The notes under the pieces: generated by a model
The model's input: the letters and a program-made list of their open reading frames with translations, nothing else
Database searches by the model: none
Told to the model about the DNA's origin: nothing
In this document: positions 37,227 to 47,266 of the stretch, in pieces
Layout: each line of letters starts with the position of its first letter
Position numbering within the stretch: the stretch's first letter is position 1
Assembly (NCBI GenBank): GCA_965231155.1
Contig: OZ246418.1
Span: 238,850 to 302,849, forward strand
Direction: 5' to 3'
Length of the DNA: 64,000 nucleotides
DNA from: an uncultured Candidatus Saccharibacteria bacterium
Lineage (GTDB): Bacteria > Patescibacteriota > Minisyncoccia > UBA6257 > 2-01-FULL-56-20
Made by a program: the position numbers and the translations under genes

Positions 37227-37910
37227 ATGTCCACACAATCATACGAAGTAGAAATTAAGAGTCTTCTGGGTAGCAAGGAAAATGCCGATGCTCTTAAAAA
37301 GCGGTTGTTCGAACTCGACCCACACACTACCCTTGTCTCGACCAACAAACAACTTAATCACTATTTTGTAGGTGGTGATCTAAAGAAGGTCTTCGAGAAT
37401 GTTGGCCCCCTACTGAAACCAGAAGAGAGGACGCGCTTAGAAAGTCTTCTTCAGAATATCAAAGACTTTTCTTTACGCACTCGAAACAAGGATGGCGAAG
37501 TGATCTTTGTTCTCAAGATTTCCATGAATGACGAAACGAGCGCCAATGGCGTGAAGCGATTAGAGTTTGAAGCAACCATTCCAGATCTCAGTCTCGAAGA
37601 ACTCGATAAAAAAATTCTAGATGCCGGCTTTTCCTATGAGGCCAAGTGGTCTCGAGAGCGGGAGGAGTATAAGTACAAAGACACAACCGTCACGATTGAT
37701 AAGAATGCTGGCTATGGCTATCTCTCCGAGTTTGAACTTATGGAAAGTGACGAAAATAAAATTCATGAAGCGAAAGATCGTTTACTGGCCTTAATGAAAG
37801 AACTCGGTGTCGAGGAGCTTGATCAGGCTCGCTTGGCGAGAATGTTCGACTACTACAATACACACTGGGCTGAGTATTATGGCACGGACAAAGTATTCGA
37901 AGTATTGTAA
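37227..37910 (+). CDS. CYTH-domain protein (third triphosphate-tunnel enzyme in the window)
   Basis: 'YEVEIKSLL' ExExK, 'RLEFEATIP', 'YKYKDTTVTID' CYTH beta-strand motifs. Confidence 0.7.
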   Translation: MSTQSYEVEIKSLLGSKENADALKKRLFELDPHTTLVSTNKQLNHYFVGGDLKKVFENVGPLLKPEERTRLESLLQNIKDFSLRTRNKDGEVIFVLKISMNDETSANGVKRLEFEATIPDLSLEELDKKILDAGFSYEAKWSREREEYKYKDTTVTIDKNAGYGYLSEFELMESDENKIHEAKDRLLALMKELGVEELDQARLARMFDYYNTHWAEYYGTDKVFEVL

Positions 37911-37922
37911 CCATGTAAATTT

Positions 37923-38900
37923 ATGGCTGAAAAAAATCATCCAGAATATCAGTATCTCAATCTCCTCCAAGACATTCTCGACCATGGCGCCGAGAAAAAA
38001 GATCACAACACAGGGACACCGCTACGAAGTGTCTTTGGGCGACAGATTCGTTTTGATCTCAGTCAGGGATTTCCCCTTTTGACTACTAAGCGCGTCTACT
38101 GGAATGGTGTTCTTCATGAACTAATCTGGTTTTTAACTGGCCAGTCGAATATTAAATACTTGGTTGATAATAAAGTTCATATTTGGGACGACTATCCCTA
38201 CAAAATTTATAATAAGGCAGCGACTGAAGGAAAAGTTCCTGCGTTAGAGCAAAAAGATTTTGTTGATAAGATTGCAAACGACACAGAGTTCGCAACACAA
38301 TGGGGAGAATTACCAATGATCTATGGAGAACAGTGGCGACGATGGCCTGGAAAAAATGGCCGGAAAATTGACCAGATGGCCTGGATTGTCGACACCTTAA
38401 AAAGATTCCCCGACCGGAAACATACAGTGCTCTCGGTCTGGAACCCAGAGTATCTTTATTCCATGGCTCTCCCCGGAGAAGCGCTCAGCTTTCCTCTCTG
38501 TCATATTATGATTCATTTCAATGTAGCCAATAATAAACTCTCCTGCCAGCTCTATCAGCGCAGTGCGGATATGTTCCTGGGGGTACCATTCAATATTGGT
38601 AGTTACGCGCTCTTAACTCAAATCATCGCCCATATTACTGGCTATGAACCGGGTGAGTTCGTGCATACGTTTGGCGATGCCCATATTTACGGCAATCACT
38701 TCGAACAAGTTAAAGAACAACTCTCGCGAGAACCAAAACCATTTCCAAAAGTGATTATCGATCCATCCTTGAAAAGTATCGACGACGTTCGCGCCGAGCT
38801 TATATCCCTTACTGAGTATGATCCGTGGCCAACACTCAAAGGAGAGTTGACGGTCGCTGGTGGTTTTGATGAGAAAGATCGACTGCCCTCTTCTTCATAA
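37923..38900 (+). CDS. thyA: Thymidylate synthase
   Basis: Active-site region 'PLCHIMIHFNV...LYQRSADMFLGVPFNIGSYALL'. Confidence 0.95.
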   Translation: MAEKNHPEYQYLNLLQDILDHGAEKKDHNTGTPLRSVFGRQIRFDLSQGFPLLTTKRVYWNGVLHELIWFLTGQSNIKYLVDNKVHIWDDYPYKIYNKAATEGKVPALEQKDFVDKIANDTEFATQWGELPMIYGEQWRRWPGKNGRKIDQMAWIVDTLKRFPDRKHTVLSVWNPEYLYSMALPGEALSFPLCHIMIHFNVANNKLSCQLYQRSADMFLGVPFNIGSYALLTQIIAHITGYEPGEFVHTFGDAHIYGNHFEQVKEQLSREPKPFPKVIIDPSLKSIDDVRAELISLTEYDPWPTLKGELTVAGGFDEKDRLPSSS

Positions 38901-38902
38901 AT

Positions 38903-39391
38903 ATGGAAAATCAACCAACTGTTTCTATTATTGCAGCAGTGAGTCAGAATGGAGTTATTGGCAAAGATGGTGGACTGCCCTGGAAGATTTCAGCGGACTT
39001 AAAAAGGTTTAAGGAGATCACTACCGGACACCCAGTGATTATGGGTCGCAAAACATTTGAGTCTATTGGTCGTCCCCTGCCAGGAAGAACCAATATTATT
39101 GTTACCCGAGATGGAAGCTATCAGGCCGAAGGATGTCTTGTTGTGACCTCTCTAGAAAAAGCTCTTCAAGAAGCAAAGCAAGCTGAATCCGAAGAGATTT
39201 TTATTATCGGTGGGGGAGAAATCTACACTCAGGCCTTGCCTCTTGCAGATACTTTATATCTGACGCTCATTAATGCTGAAGTGAAAGGAGATGCATTCTT
39301 CCCAGATTACTCGGAATTCAAAAATGTCGCCTTCTCTGAAGAGGGCGCTGAAGGTGAGTGGTCTTACGTTTTTCTTAAGCTCACAAGATAA
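38903..39391 (+). CDS. folA: Dihydrofolate reductase
   Basis: 'IIAAVSQNGVIGKDGGLPWK...VIMGRKTFESIG' DHFR signature. Confidence 0.9.
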   Translation: MENQPTVSIIAAVSQNGVIGKDGGLPWKISADLKRFKEITTGHPVIMGRKTFESIGRPLPGRTNIIVTRDGSYQAEGCLVVTSLEKALQEAKQAESEEIFIIGGGEIYTQALPLADTLYLTLINAEVKGDAFFPDYSEFKNVAFSEEGAEGEWSYVFLKLTR

Positions 39392-39398
39392 CCTTTTC

Positions 39399-39983
39399 CT
39401 AGCTTTTCTTTTTGCGAACCTCTTCGGTCAATTTTGACGCAAGTGGACTCATCTGTCCCGCATACTTGTTCCCCTTCTTGCTACGATACGGCACATCAAC
39501 TGGTGAAGACATTTCTTCAAAGGTAAAGGCGCAGATGCGCATGCCTGGATATAAGGCGACTGGCAGGGTTCCTAAGTTTCCCAATTCCATCGTTGGCCTC
39601 CCAGTCCAGCCAGGATCAAAAATTGAAGCGGTGCCGTGTACGATAATGCCTAGCCGACCCAAGGAGCTTCGTCCTTCAATCCGGCCCAAGATATCATCAG
39701 CTAAGTCCAAATTTTCAATAGTGGTAGCCAACGCAAAATCACCAGGCTGCATAATGAACGACTCTCCTTTCTTCACTACGATCTCTCTCATAATCTTCTC
39801 GGTGTCAATTGGACCATTCAGGTCAATAAAGGGATAGGTGGAGTGTTTAAACACTCGAAAGGAATGACCAAGGTGCAGATCAATAGAACATGAGCCTAAC
39901 TGTTTATTTAAATCAGGCTTTGGCTGGATGGCGATACGACCACTCTTGAGGGCTTTTTTAATATCTCGATCGGATAAAATCAT
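39399..39983 (-). CDS. dcd: dCTP deaminase
   Basis: Full-length Dcd similarity (MILSDRDI...). Confidence 0.9.
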   Translation of the reverse strand: MILSDRDIKKALKSGRIAIQPKPDLNKQLGSCSIDLHLGHSFRVFKHSTYPFIDLNGPIDTEKIMREIVVKKGESFIMQPGDFALATTIENLDLADDILGRIEGRSSLGRLGIIVHGTASIFDPGWTGRPTMELGNLGTLPVALYPGMRICAFTFEEMSSPVDVPYRSKKGNKYAGQMSPLASKLTEEVRKKKS

Positions 39984-39990
39984 GGGGAAA

Positions 39991-40809
39991 TTATATCACG
40001 TTATTTAGGACGTAAAAATTCTCATACAGCTTGGCCACGAGAATAGGCCCCGTGCCACCTGGGGTGGGCGTGTAGCTTACCTCTGATTCCCCAACTTCCT
40101 CTGCGTTGAAATCCCCGACCATCCTACCCTCGTAGTCACCATAGCCAAAGTCGACAACCACCGCCTTAGAACTCAAGTCTTTTGCCGAGAAAAGTCTGGC
40201 CGAACCTGTACCACTGATGATTAAATCAAAATCTTTGAGCTGAGTTTTCACATCGCCACTTGAGCGATGAAATGTCTCCAACTGCAGAACTTTATTTTCT
40301 AAAAAAAGACTAATTGGTTTTCCAACAAGAAGTCCAAGGCCGATCACCGCGACTCTGCTTTCAGCTAGATTTATTTTTAACTGACTGACAATTTCTTCGA
40401 CCACCGCCACGGCTGGTGGATGGATCTTATTCTCGCCATTCTGAAAAGCCTGAGAAGCTTCCTCTCCCAAGACATCAACATCTTTTTCAGGCGATACTAC
40501 ATTCAGAATATTCTGACGGTCAATATGCGCAGGCAGTGGCAACTGAATCAGAAGCCCGCCGCATTTTTCATCTGCAACAATTTTTTCAATCTCTGACTGT
40601 AATTCGCTTTCAGAAACTGTCTCTGGGAATTTGTGCAACTGGAAATCAACTCCCAACTCCTGACCAACCTTTTCTTTCTGCCGGATAAAACTGGCCGAGG
40701 AAGGATCATCACCAACCAAAATGGCCGCCAAAAACTTTTTGGGAACTGACTGTTTTTTTAACCGCTCAAGAATCTCCTTGGCGATTGCTCGGCCATCAAT
40801 AATCGACAT
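39991..40809 (-). CDS. folD: Bifunctional methylenetetrahydrofolate dehydrogenase/cyclohydrolase
   Basis: FolD N-terminus 'IIDGRAIAKEI' and C-terminal NAD(P)-binding 'PTPGGTGPILVA'. Confidence 0.9.
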   Translation of the reverse strand: MSIIDGRAIAKEILERLKKQSVPKKFLAAILVGDDPSSASFIRQKEKVGQELGVDFQLHKFPETVSESELQSEIEKIVADEKCGGLLIQLPLPAHIDRQNILNVVSPEKDVDVLGEEASQAFQNGENKIHPPAVAVVEEIVSQLKINLAESRVAVIGLGLLVGKPISLFLENKVLQLETFHRSSGDVKTQLKDFDLIISGTGSARLFSAKDLSSKAVVVDFGYGDYEGRMVGDFNAEEVGESEVSYTPTPGGTGPILVAKLYENFYVLNNVI

Positions 40810-42072
40810 CTAAATATATTTTGCAGTCTTATACTTCAATGGAAACTTCTTACACAACCGAAGAACTTCCTTCTTCACATTCTTATTTTCTAAAAGCACT
40901 TCGGAAATAAGGGTGGCTACTATTTTCATCTCTTTTTCTTTCATCCCGCGAGAAGTGAGGGATGGAGAGCCGAGGCGGATGCCTGAAGGATCAACCGGCG
41001 AACGAGCGTCATACGGAATCGTATTTTTATTCACAATAATGCCATTCTTTTCTAAACGTTCACTGGCTTCTTTCCCGCTAATCCCCTTACTCATGACATC
41101 AACCAATAGAAGATGGGAGTCGGTTCCGTCTGAAACAATCCGCCAGCCACCCTTCTGCAATGCAGAGGCTAGCTCTTTAGCATTCTTAACCACCTGCTTC
41201 GCATACACCTTAAACGCTGGTTGCGATGCCTCGAACAAGGTTGTTGCCACTGCGGCAATCTGGTTGGCATGAGGACCACCCTGTAGTCCTGGAAACACTG
41301 CTTTATCAATAGCTTTCGCGATATCTACTCCAAGTTCTTCAGCAATTACAGATTTTCTCGAAGAGAAAATGAGTGCAGAACGAGGACCGCGCAAGGTTTT
41401 ATGAGTAGTCGTCGTCACCACATCGGCATAGGGGAAAGGACTTGGGTAGGCACCGCCAGCGATTAGTCCAGCGATATGCGACATATCAACCATCAGATAC
41501 GCTTTGACCTCATCAGCAATTTTTTTAAATTCTGCCCAGTCGATTTTCCGAGGATAGGCAGTGAACCCAGCGACAATAATCTTTGGCTTCTCAATTCTCG
41601 CCTGATCTAAAATGGCCTCGTAATCGAGTGCCTCACTCACCTTGTCTAGGGTGTACGGCACCGACTGCCAGGCCTTGGCGGTGATACTCACCTTATGTCC
41701 ATGTGTCAGATGTCCTCCCATATCCAGCTGTAAGCCCATAATCTTTTCTCCCAGTGGCACTAAGCCAAGATAAACCGCCAAGTTGGCCGGAGATCCAGAA
41801 TAAGCTTGGACATTCACCGCCCAGTTCTCGGGCGCGAGCTTAAACGCCTTCAGAGCACGTGCCTTCGTTAAATCTTCGATCTGATCGATATACTCATTGC
41901 CTCCGTAGTACCGATGGGCTGAGTAGCCTTCCGCGTATTTATTAGTCAGTGGTGAGCCGAGCGCCTTCAGCACATCCTCAGAAACAAAGTTTTCCGAAGG
42001 AATAAGGTTGATACTCTCATTCTGTCGCTGAATTTCTTTTTTCACGAGCGCAAACAGTTTTGTGTCTTTCAT
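40810..42072 (-). CDS. glyA: Serine hydroxymethyltransferase
   Basis: PLP site 'VTTTTHKTLRGPRSA' and overall SHMT colinearity. Confidence 0.95.
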   Translation of the reverse strand: MKDTKLFALVKKEIQRQNESINLIPSENFVSEDVLKALGSPLTNKYAEGYSAHRYYGGNEYIDQIEDLTKARALKAFKLAPENWAVNVQAYSGSPANLAVYLGLVPLGEKIMGLQLDMGGHLTHGHKVSITAKAWQSVPYTLDKVSEALDYEAILDQARIEKPKIIVAGFTAYPRKIDWAEFKKIADEVKAYLMVDMSHIAGLIAGGAYPSPFPYADVVTTTTHKTLRGPRSALIFSSRKSVIAEELGVDIAKAIDKAVFPGLQGGPHANQIAAVATTLFEASQPAFKVYAKQVVKNAKELASALQKGGWRIVSDGTDSHLLLVDVMSKGISGKEASERLEKNGIIVNKNTIPYDARSPVDPSGIRLGSPSLTSRGMKEKEMKIVATLISEVLLENKNVKKEVLRLCKKFPLKYKTAKYI

Positions 42073-42209
42073 TGGCGTAAATATGAATTAAAGATAGTGA
42101 TTGCTAACAGATTATTACCAATAAAAGTTTCCTAGATCATGGGATTGTTCTGCTTTCCACTATTATTAACCGCTTTTACCAAATCGGCAAATCAAGTCGA
42201 TATTCTCTA

Positions 42210-42815
42210 TCAACCAAGCAACAACTTCATCTTCCTCTCAAAATCATCAAATCCGGTATATCTTTCTGCAAATAAACCGAACGCTTCAGCGCCCGCGACA
42301 TTTCCCTCGTCGTCATCCCAAAACATAGTATCTTCTATTTTTTGATCGATGGCATCGAATATACTCTGAAAAAATTCAGATTCTGGTTTCTTAGCACCAA
42401 CAAATGCCGAAGAAAACACCCCGTCGAACCATTGGCCAAGCCCTCTTCTATTAATTAAATCTCCGGTGCGATACTTCTCGTTGTTAGTCGCGAGATATAC
42501 TTTTATATCAGCCTCTCTTATTTTTTCTATAAGAATTTTAAAACGTTGATCAATACGGTTGTGTTTCTCTTGAAACCAGAACTCAAGCAACTCGTCCGAA
42601 CTCCCCTCCCATCCCCAGATGGGAATTACTTTTTTGAGTTCGTCTTTGAGGTCGGCTTGGCCGATCACACACAGCGGAAATCTTGTCTTAAAAAATGGGG
42701 TAATCCGATCGAGGGGAATATGGAGCTTCTCGGCCAGTCGTTCGCTAAATCGCTCGCTCTCTACAATCATTCCATCAGCATCTAAAATGATAGCTTTCAG
42801 TTGTATATCTTTCAT
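42210..42815 (-). CDS. HAD-superfamily hydrolase
   Basis: Motif I 'ILDADGMIVESE' and downstream HAD motifs. Confidence 0.65.
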   Translation of the reverse strand: MKDIQLKAIILDADGMIVESERFSERLAEKLHIPLDRITPFFKTRFPLCVIGQADLKDELKKVIPIWGWEGSSDELLEFWFQEKHNRIDQRFKILIEKIREADIKVYLATNNEKYRTGDLINRRGLGQWFDGVFSSAFVGAKKPESEFFQSIFDAIDQKIEDTMFWDDDEGNVAGAEAFGLFAERYTGFDDFERKMKLLLG

Positions 42816-42911
42816 GAAATCTTTATAGGGGAAATTATACCATCAACGACTATTTTTTTGAGTGATGAGAATCAGTAAGGCGAATAAAAAATCCCCGATT
42901 GGTTCGAGGAA

Positions 42912-43502
42912 TTACTGTTTCTCTAAATGAGGGAGGTGATGTCGGATGGCCAGAATCACCTGGGAACGCTCGTCTGGACTAAGAAATATATCCTCTGAAT
43001 CTTCAGAGCGCCGACCGAAATATTTATCGACAAAGACCTTCCCAAGGAATTTCACGGGATAACGATACCGTGGTCTCAGATGACAGTGAGCGTAGGCTAT
43101 CGGAGGAGTTACCTCCAACCCATTATTCATCTGACACGAGAAGTTGATGACTTCGGAACCGAAGGCTTGTTTGGTGGCTTCGTCGAAAAGCCTCAGGGCC
43201 TTGAAGAAATCAAGTTGCTCTTCCGCGGTTAAATCCGAGGTGAGACTAGGACTCAACCGCTTCAACCTGAGAGTCGATCGACCAAGGAAATACTGCTTTG
43301 AACTCAAAAACACTCGCCAGTACTCTGTCTCGAAGATGAGATCATCACTTTTCAGAAGCTCGGTGGTGTTCTTCACCACATACGACAAAGCCACCGAAGG
43401 GAGGCTGGCCGTACTATGCTTCTCGAAAAAAAGAGGACCCCTCTCGACGAGAAGAAAGCCCAAAAACACGAAGGGTATCGCCTTAATAACACGACTCCTC
43501 AT
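42912..43502 (-). CDS. Signal-anchored protein with a HIT-like 'HCHLRP' motif
   Basis: N-terminal hydrophobic segment; 'AYAHCHLRPRY' resembles a histidine-triad motif; weak. Confidence 0.35.
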   Translation of the reverse strand: MRSRVIKAIPFVFLGFLLVERGPLFFEKHSTASLPSVALSYVVKNTTELLKSDDLIFETEYWRVFLSSKQYFLGRSTLRLKRLSPSLTSDLTAEEQLDFFKALRLFDEATKQAFGSEVINFSCQMNNGLEVTPPIAYAHCHLRPRYRYPVKFLGKVFVDKYFGRRSEDSEDIFLSPDERSQVILAIRHHLPHLEKQ

Positions 43503-43576
43503 CTTGTCCTCCCAATTTGAACAGCTTTTTTTCTTATATCACAAAAGCTCCTGCCTTACCACGAGAGAAAATTGTC

Positions 43577-43651
43577 TGGGGTGCCTATCGGGATTCGAAC
43601 CCGAGATAACAGGACCACAACCTGTCGTGTTGCCACTACACCATAGGCACC
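43577..43651 (-). tRNA. tRNA-His (GUG) with encoded G-1 and CCA
   Basis: Hand-folded cloverleaf: acceptor GTGCCTA/TAGGCAC with G-1:C73, anticodon loop TTGTGGT, T-loop TTCGAAT. Confidence 0.85.
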
Positions 43652-43709
43652 ATCTATAAGTACTTCCCCATTCTACTTACTTATTGAAAACTTTCAAATA
43701 TTCTAGCTT

Positions 43710-45581
43710 TTGACGGGAGGGTTGCTTTTCCGTAGAATGGCTACTATGTCTAATCTCTTCAAGAACATCCTTGGTGCCATCGTCACCCTGATCCTCATCT
43801 CGGTGATCTTTTCAATGTTCCTCAGCCCAACGACGACCACTAAAAAGATCAGTCTCAATGAACTAGCTAAGGCGGTTTCGAGCGGTGAAGTGGTGAAAGT
43901 CTTGGTCAGTGGTGAAACCATGACCGCCACTTTCAAAGATGGCCACACGGCGACTGCCAAAAAAGAACTGGAATCAGGCGTCACAGAAACTTTAAAAAAC
44001 CTAGGAGTCGCCGACTCAGCACTCCAAGCAGTCAATATTAGCATCGAGGAAGAATCCGGCTGGCAGTTCTGGGCCAGCATCCTTATCCCAACACTCCTCC
44101 CTCTTATCGTTATTGGCATCATATTCTGGATTATGCTCCGACAGGCCAAAGGTGGCATGAATCAAGCATTCACTTTCGGCCGAGCTGGCATAAAACTCTC
44201 GATGCCCAAAGAGCGAGTGGTTTTCAACGATGTGGCTGGCCTCAAAGAAGCCAAAGAGGAGTTAGTAGAAATTGTTGATTTCTTAAAAAATCCAAAAAAG
44301 TTTTTAGATCTTGGCGCCCGCATCCCTCGAGGTGTTCTCTTGGTCGGTATGCCAGGAACCGGAAAAACCTTGCTGGCCCGCGCCGTTGCCGGAGAATCTA
44401 ATGTCCCCTTCTTTCATATCTCCGCTTCTGAATTTGTAGAAATGTTCGTCGGTGTTGGAGCAGCCAGAACTCGCGACGCTTTTGCCACTGCCAAAAAAGC
44501 CTCTCCTTCGATTCTTTTTATCGATGAAATCGACGCCGTCGGACGACAGCGTGGGGCCGGACTTGGTGGAGGCAATGACGAGCGCGAACAGACTCTGAAC
44601 CAAATCTTAGTGGAGATGGATGGTTTTGATCGCGAGACTCAGGTGATTGTTCTTGCAGCCACGAACCGCCCCGACGTACTCGACCCGGCGCTGATGCGTC
44701 CAGGACGTTTTGACCGGCGCGTGATTCTTGATATGCCCGATCGCAAAGACCGCGAAGCAATCCTCAAGATTCATGGACGCGACAAAGCGCTCGATCCAAA
44801 TATCAATTTAGAAAAAGTAGCCGCCCGCACTCCAGGCTTTGCCGGTGCAGATCTCGCGAACATTATGAACGAAGGCGCACTCCTGGCTGGCCGAAAAAAT
44901 CAAAAAACAATTCTCCAACAAGATCTCTTTGAAGCAATTGAAAAAGTTATTCTTGGACCAGAAAGAAAAAGCCGCGTGGTCTCAGATAAAGAAAAAGAAA
45001 TTACTGCCTACCACGAAGGAGGTCATGCCTTGGTGGCTGCCTCCCTGAAAGACGCCGACCCGGTACATAAAGTTTCTATTGTCAGTCGTGGTTTTGCCGG
45101 AGGCTACACCATGAAACTCCCCACCGAAGATCGCCATCTCAAAACTAAGCATCAGTTTTTGGCTGATATCGCCGTGGCGCTCGGTGGTTTTATTGCTGAG
45201 AAACAAACATTCGGCGACACCACCACTGGTCCTTCGAACGACCTGAAGCATGCTTCGGAGATGGCCCGCCAGTTAGTGACCAAATACGGCATGAGCAACC
45301 TTGGACCAATCACCTTTGGGAACTCTCAGGAGATGATCTTCTTAGGACGCGAACTGACTGCGGAGAAAAACTACTCTGAGAAAACAGCGGTTGATATTGA
45401 TGGAGAGATCCACAAGATCATCCAGCAGGCCTACGATGCAGCGCAGGATATCTTGAAAAAACACAAGAAAGCTCTCCAGGCGATTGCCGAAACTTTAATA
45501 GAAAAAGAAACTCTTGAGCAGGAAGAGTTCGACGAAGTACTGAAACCATTCAATATAAAACCGAGCGGCTTTTCGGCTTAA
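43710..45581 (+). CDS. ftsH: ATP-dependent zinc metalloprotease FtsH
   Basis: TM pair, AAA module '[17 protein letters not shown]', zinc motif 'HEGGHA'. Confidence 0.95.
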   Translation: MTGGLLFRRMATMSNLFKNILGAIVTLILISVIFSMFLSPTTTTKKISLNELAKAVSSGEVVKVLVSGETMTATFKDGHTATAKKELESGVTETLKNLGVADSALQAVNISIEEESGWQFWASILIPTLLPLIVIGIIFWIMLRQAKGGMNQAFTFGRAGIKLSMPKERVVFNDVAGLKEAKEELVEIVDFLKNPKKFLDLGARIPRGVLLVGMPGTGKTLLARAVAGESNVPFFHISASEFVEMFVGVGAARTRDAFATAKKASPSILFIDEIDAVGRQRGAGLGGGNDEREQTLNQILVEMDGFDRETQVIVLAATNRPDVLDPALMRPGRFDRRVILDMPDRKDREAILKIHGRDKALDPNINLEKVAARTPGFAGADLANIMNEGALLAGRKNQKTILQQDLFEAIEKVILGPERKSRVVSDKEKEITAYHEGGHALVAASLKDADPVHKVSIVSRGFAGGYTMKLPTEDRHLKTKHQFLADIAVALGGFIAEKQTFGDTTTGPSNDLKHASEMARQLVTKYGMSNLGPITFGNSQEMIFLGRELTAEKNYSEKTAVDIDGEIHKIIQQAYDAAQDILKKHKKALQAIAETLIEKETLEQEEFDEVLKPFNIKPSGFSA

Positions 45582-45904
45582 TAAATATCGTCCTTTGTTG
45601 CGTCACAGGTGATCATCTCTCCTTTTTTAATATCGCGAGCTGCAACATCTCGTTGCTTTTTAAGATCCTGAAATGTGTTGGGGTTCTTTGAGTGATTTAC
45701 ATACCGTTCTGGCTCTCCGTATAAATAAATTCGCCCCCAATGTTCGTGAGTAAATTTTTTTTCACTTTCCAATAAAGCCTCATATTCTAAGGATGTTAAT
45801 GCTTTTAAATGATACTGAATAACGACTTCGCCCTTCTTAAAATCACACCCGGCATACACTCCTTTTCCTTGAATACTCCCAGTGCCGATAAATAAACTTT
45901 TCAT
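45578..45904 (-). CDS. SET-domain protein (putative lysine methyltransferase)
   Basis: 'GKGVYA', 'VNHSKNPNT' (NHSCxPN-like) and C-terminal 'CDATKDD'; start moved to ATG 45904 because the track GTG start overlaps the tRNA. Confidence 0.6.
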   Translation of the reverse strand: MKSLFIGTGSIQGKGVYAGCDFKKGEVVIQYHLKALTSLEYEALLESEKKFTHEHWGRIYLYGEPERYVNHSKNPNTFQDLKKQRDVAARDIKKGEMITCDATKDDIY

Positions 45905-45911
45905 AATAGGG

Positions 45912-45983
45912 TGCGCCCGCTTGGAATCGAACCAAGGACCCACGTCTTATAAGGGCGTTGCTCTACCACTGAGCTACGGGCGC
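45912..45983 (-). tRNA. tRNA with anticodon UAU (Ile, AUA-decoding) by hand fold
   Basis: Acceptor GCGCCCG/CGGGCGC, D-arm GCTC/GAGC, anticodon stem ACGCC/GACGT (one mismatch) with loop CTTATAA, T-arm CTTGG-TTCGATT-CCAAG. Confidence 0.7.
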
Positions 45984-46017
45984 AATATTCTTAGTGTACT
46001 ACGCAAAAATCAGAAAG

Positions 46018-46623
46018 CTACTTTCGCTGGCCGATGATAGCGTCAAAATTATTCATCGCTTTCTGTGCTTCCTGATCGAAATTATTAATAGCCACCACTT
46101 CACTATTTATCTGAGTAATCAACTTATTGATGGCCTGCGTCTGTCCATAAGAGACTCCCGAAAAACGAAGCTTTAAAGTCTCTAGAAGTTGCGCTAGAGA
46201 ATCACTATAACTGACCAAACGAGTGATCATGGCAAGGCGACTACTAATTGCCTGCAGCGCTTCGGTACGTGCCGAGTCGGAGGAAATAGAATCGAGAGAC
46301 TTTGTCATCGTTTCTAACTCACGCGAAAGGGCCAAAGCCTTCTCCTTGATTTCCTTGTTCTGAAGAATCAATTGGTCGGTCATCTCCAGGGCTTTTCCAT
46401 AACTTCCTGTCCGATCAAGCTTGTTTATCTCCTCTAACGAACTTGCTGATTTCTTTGAAAGATCGACAATCGACTGAGAGATCAACGCCCCTTGCATTCG
46501 TGCTTCTATAAAAGAAGAAGAAACCCCTCCAGAAACCGAAGCAAGATAGGTGAGTATACTTCCCCCCACCACCATCACGAAGAAAGCGATAATAATCTTT
46601 GTTCGATGCGATAGTTCGTTCAT
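46018..46623 (-). CDS. Membrane-anchored coiled-coil protein (hypothetical)
   Basis: N-terminal TM 'IIIAFFVMVVGGSILTYLA', remainder predicted helical. Confidence 0.4.
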   Translation of the reverse strand: MNELSHRTKIIIAFFVMVVGGSILTYLASVSGGVSSSFIEARMQGALISQSIVDLSKKSASSLEEINKLDRTGSYGKALEMTDQLILQNKEIKEKALALSRELETMTKSLDSISSDSARTEALQAISSRLAMITRLVSYSDSLAQLLETLKLRFSGVSYGQTQAINKLITQINSEVVAINNFDQEAQKAMNNFDAIIGQRK

Positions 46624-46889
46624 TTGAATATCATTAGTTCTACCTAATTCACATTAAATAATCAAGGACTCAGAGTTTACCATGCTGGCCCTATCCCAAA
46701 GGCATAGCGGCCAGCATGGTAAACTCCTAGTTAAGGGCATACAGAGCAGACACACAATATCTTAAACCTCGACTGGCGGGCACCTAAGAAGGTATTGAAG
46801 CCGGAGGAAAAGTAGGCTACATTAAGTCTGTTCTCAGTAGAATGAACTTTATTAAGTAAGTCTCTAAAAGTTCGTTTCAGTGAGTAAAG

Positions 46890-46963
46890 GCGGGTATCGT
46901 ATAATGGTCATTACTTCAGTTTTCCAAACTGAAAACAGGGGTTCGATTCCCCTTACCCGCTCC
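46890..46963 (+). tRNA. tRNA-Gly (UCC)
   Basis: GCGGGTATCGTATAATGGTCATTAC...anticodon loop TTTTCCAAA...GGGGTTCGATTCCCC...TACCCGCT. Confidence 0.85.
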
Positions 46964-46999
46964 TATACGCATTCTATTTATTAACCCTTTTTTATTGCA

Positions 47000-47263
47000 A
47001 TGCCTAAAAAACAAAACCAGGAAGAACGGACTGAAGAATTCAAAGTCACCGGAGAAGAGGTTCTTATTAAAGTCAAAGAACTTATTAAAGAAGGGAAGTC
47101 GCGCCGAATCATTATCAAGAATGAGAAAGGTAAAACGATTATTGAGATTCCCTTAATAGTTGGTGCAGTTGGCACTTTCATCGCTCCGGTCTTGGCGGCA
47201 GTTGGTGCGATAGCTGCCGTACTCACCAAATGCACGATTGTGGTGGTTCGGAAAAACCCCTAA
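47000..47263 (+). CDS. Small membrane protein (hypothetical)
   Basis: 87 aa, charged N-terminus, hydrophobic C-terminal helix hairpin. Confidence 0.4.
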   Translation: MPKKQNQEERTEEFKVTGEEVLIKVKELIKEGKSRRIIIKNEKGKTIIEIPLIVGAVGTFIAPVLAAVGAIAAVLTKCTIVVVRKNP

Positions 47264-47266
47264 AAA

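Noticed and set aside
45578-45943. GTG start at 45943 for the SET-domain ORF
   Set aside because: It would overlap the tRNA at 45912-45983 by 32 nt. The ATG at 45904 gives a clean gene boundary.
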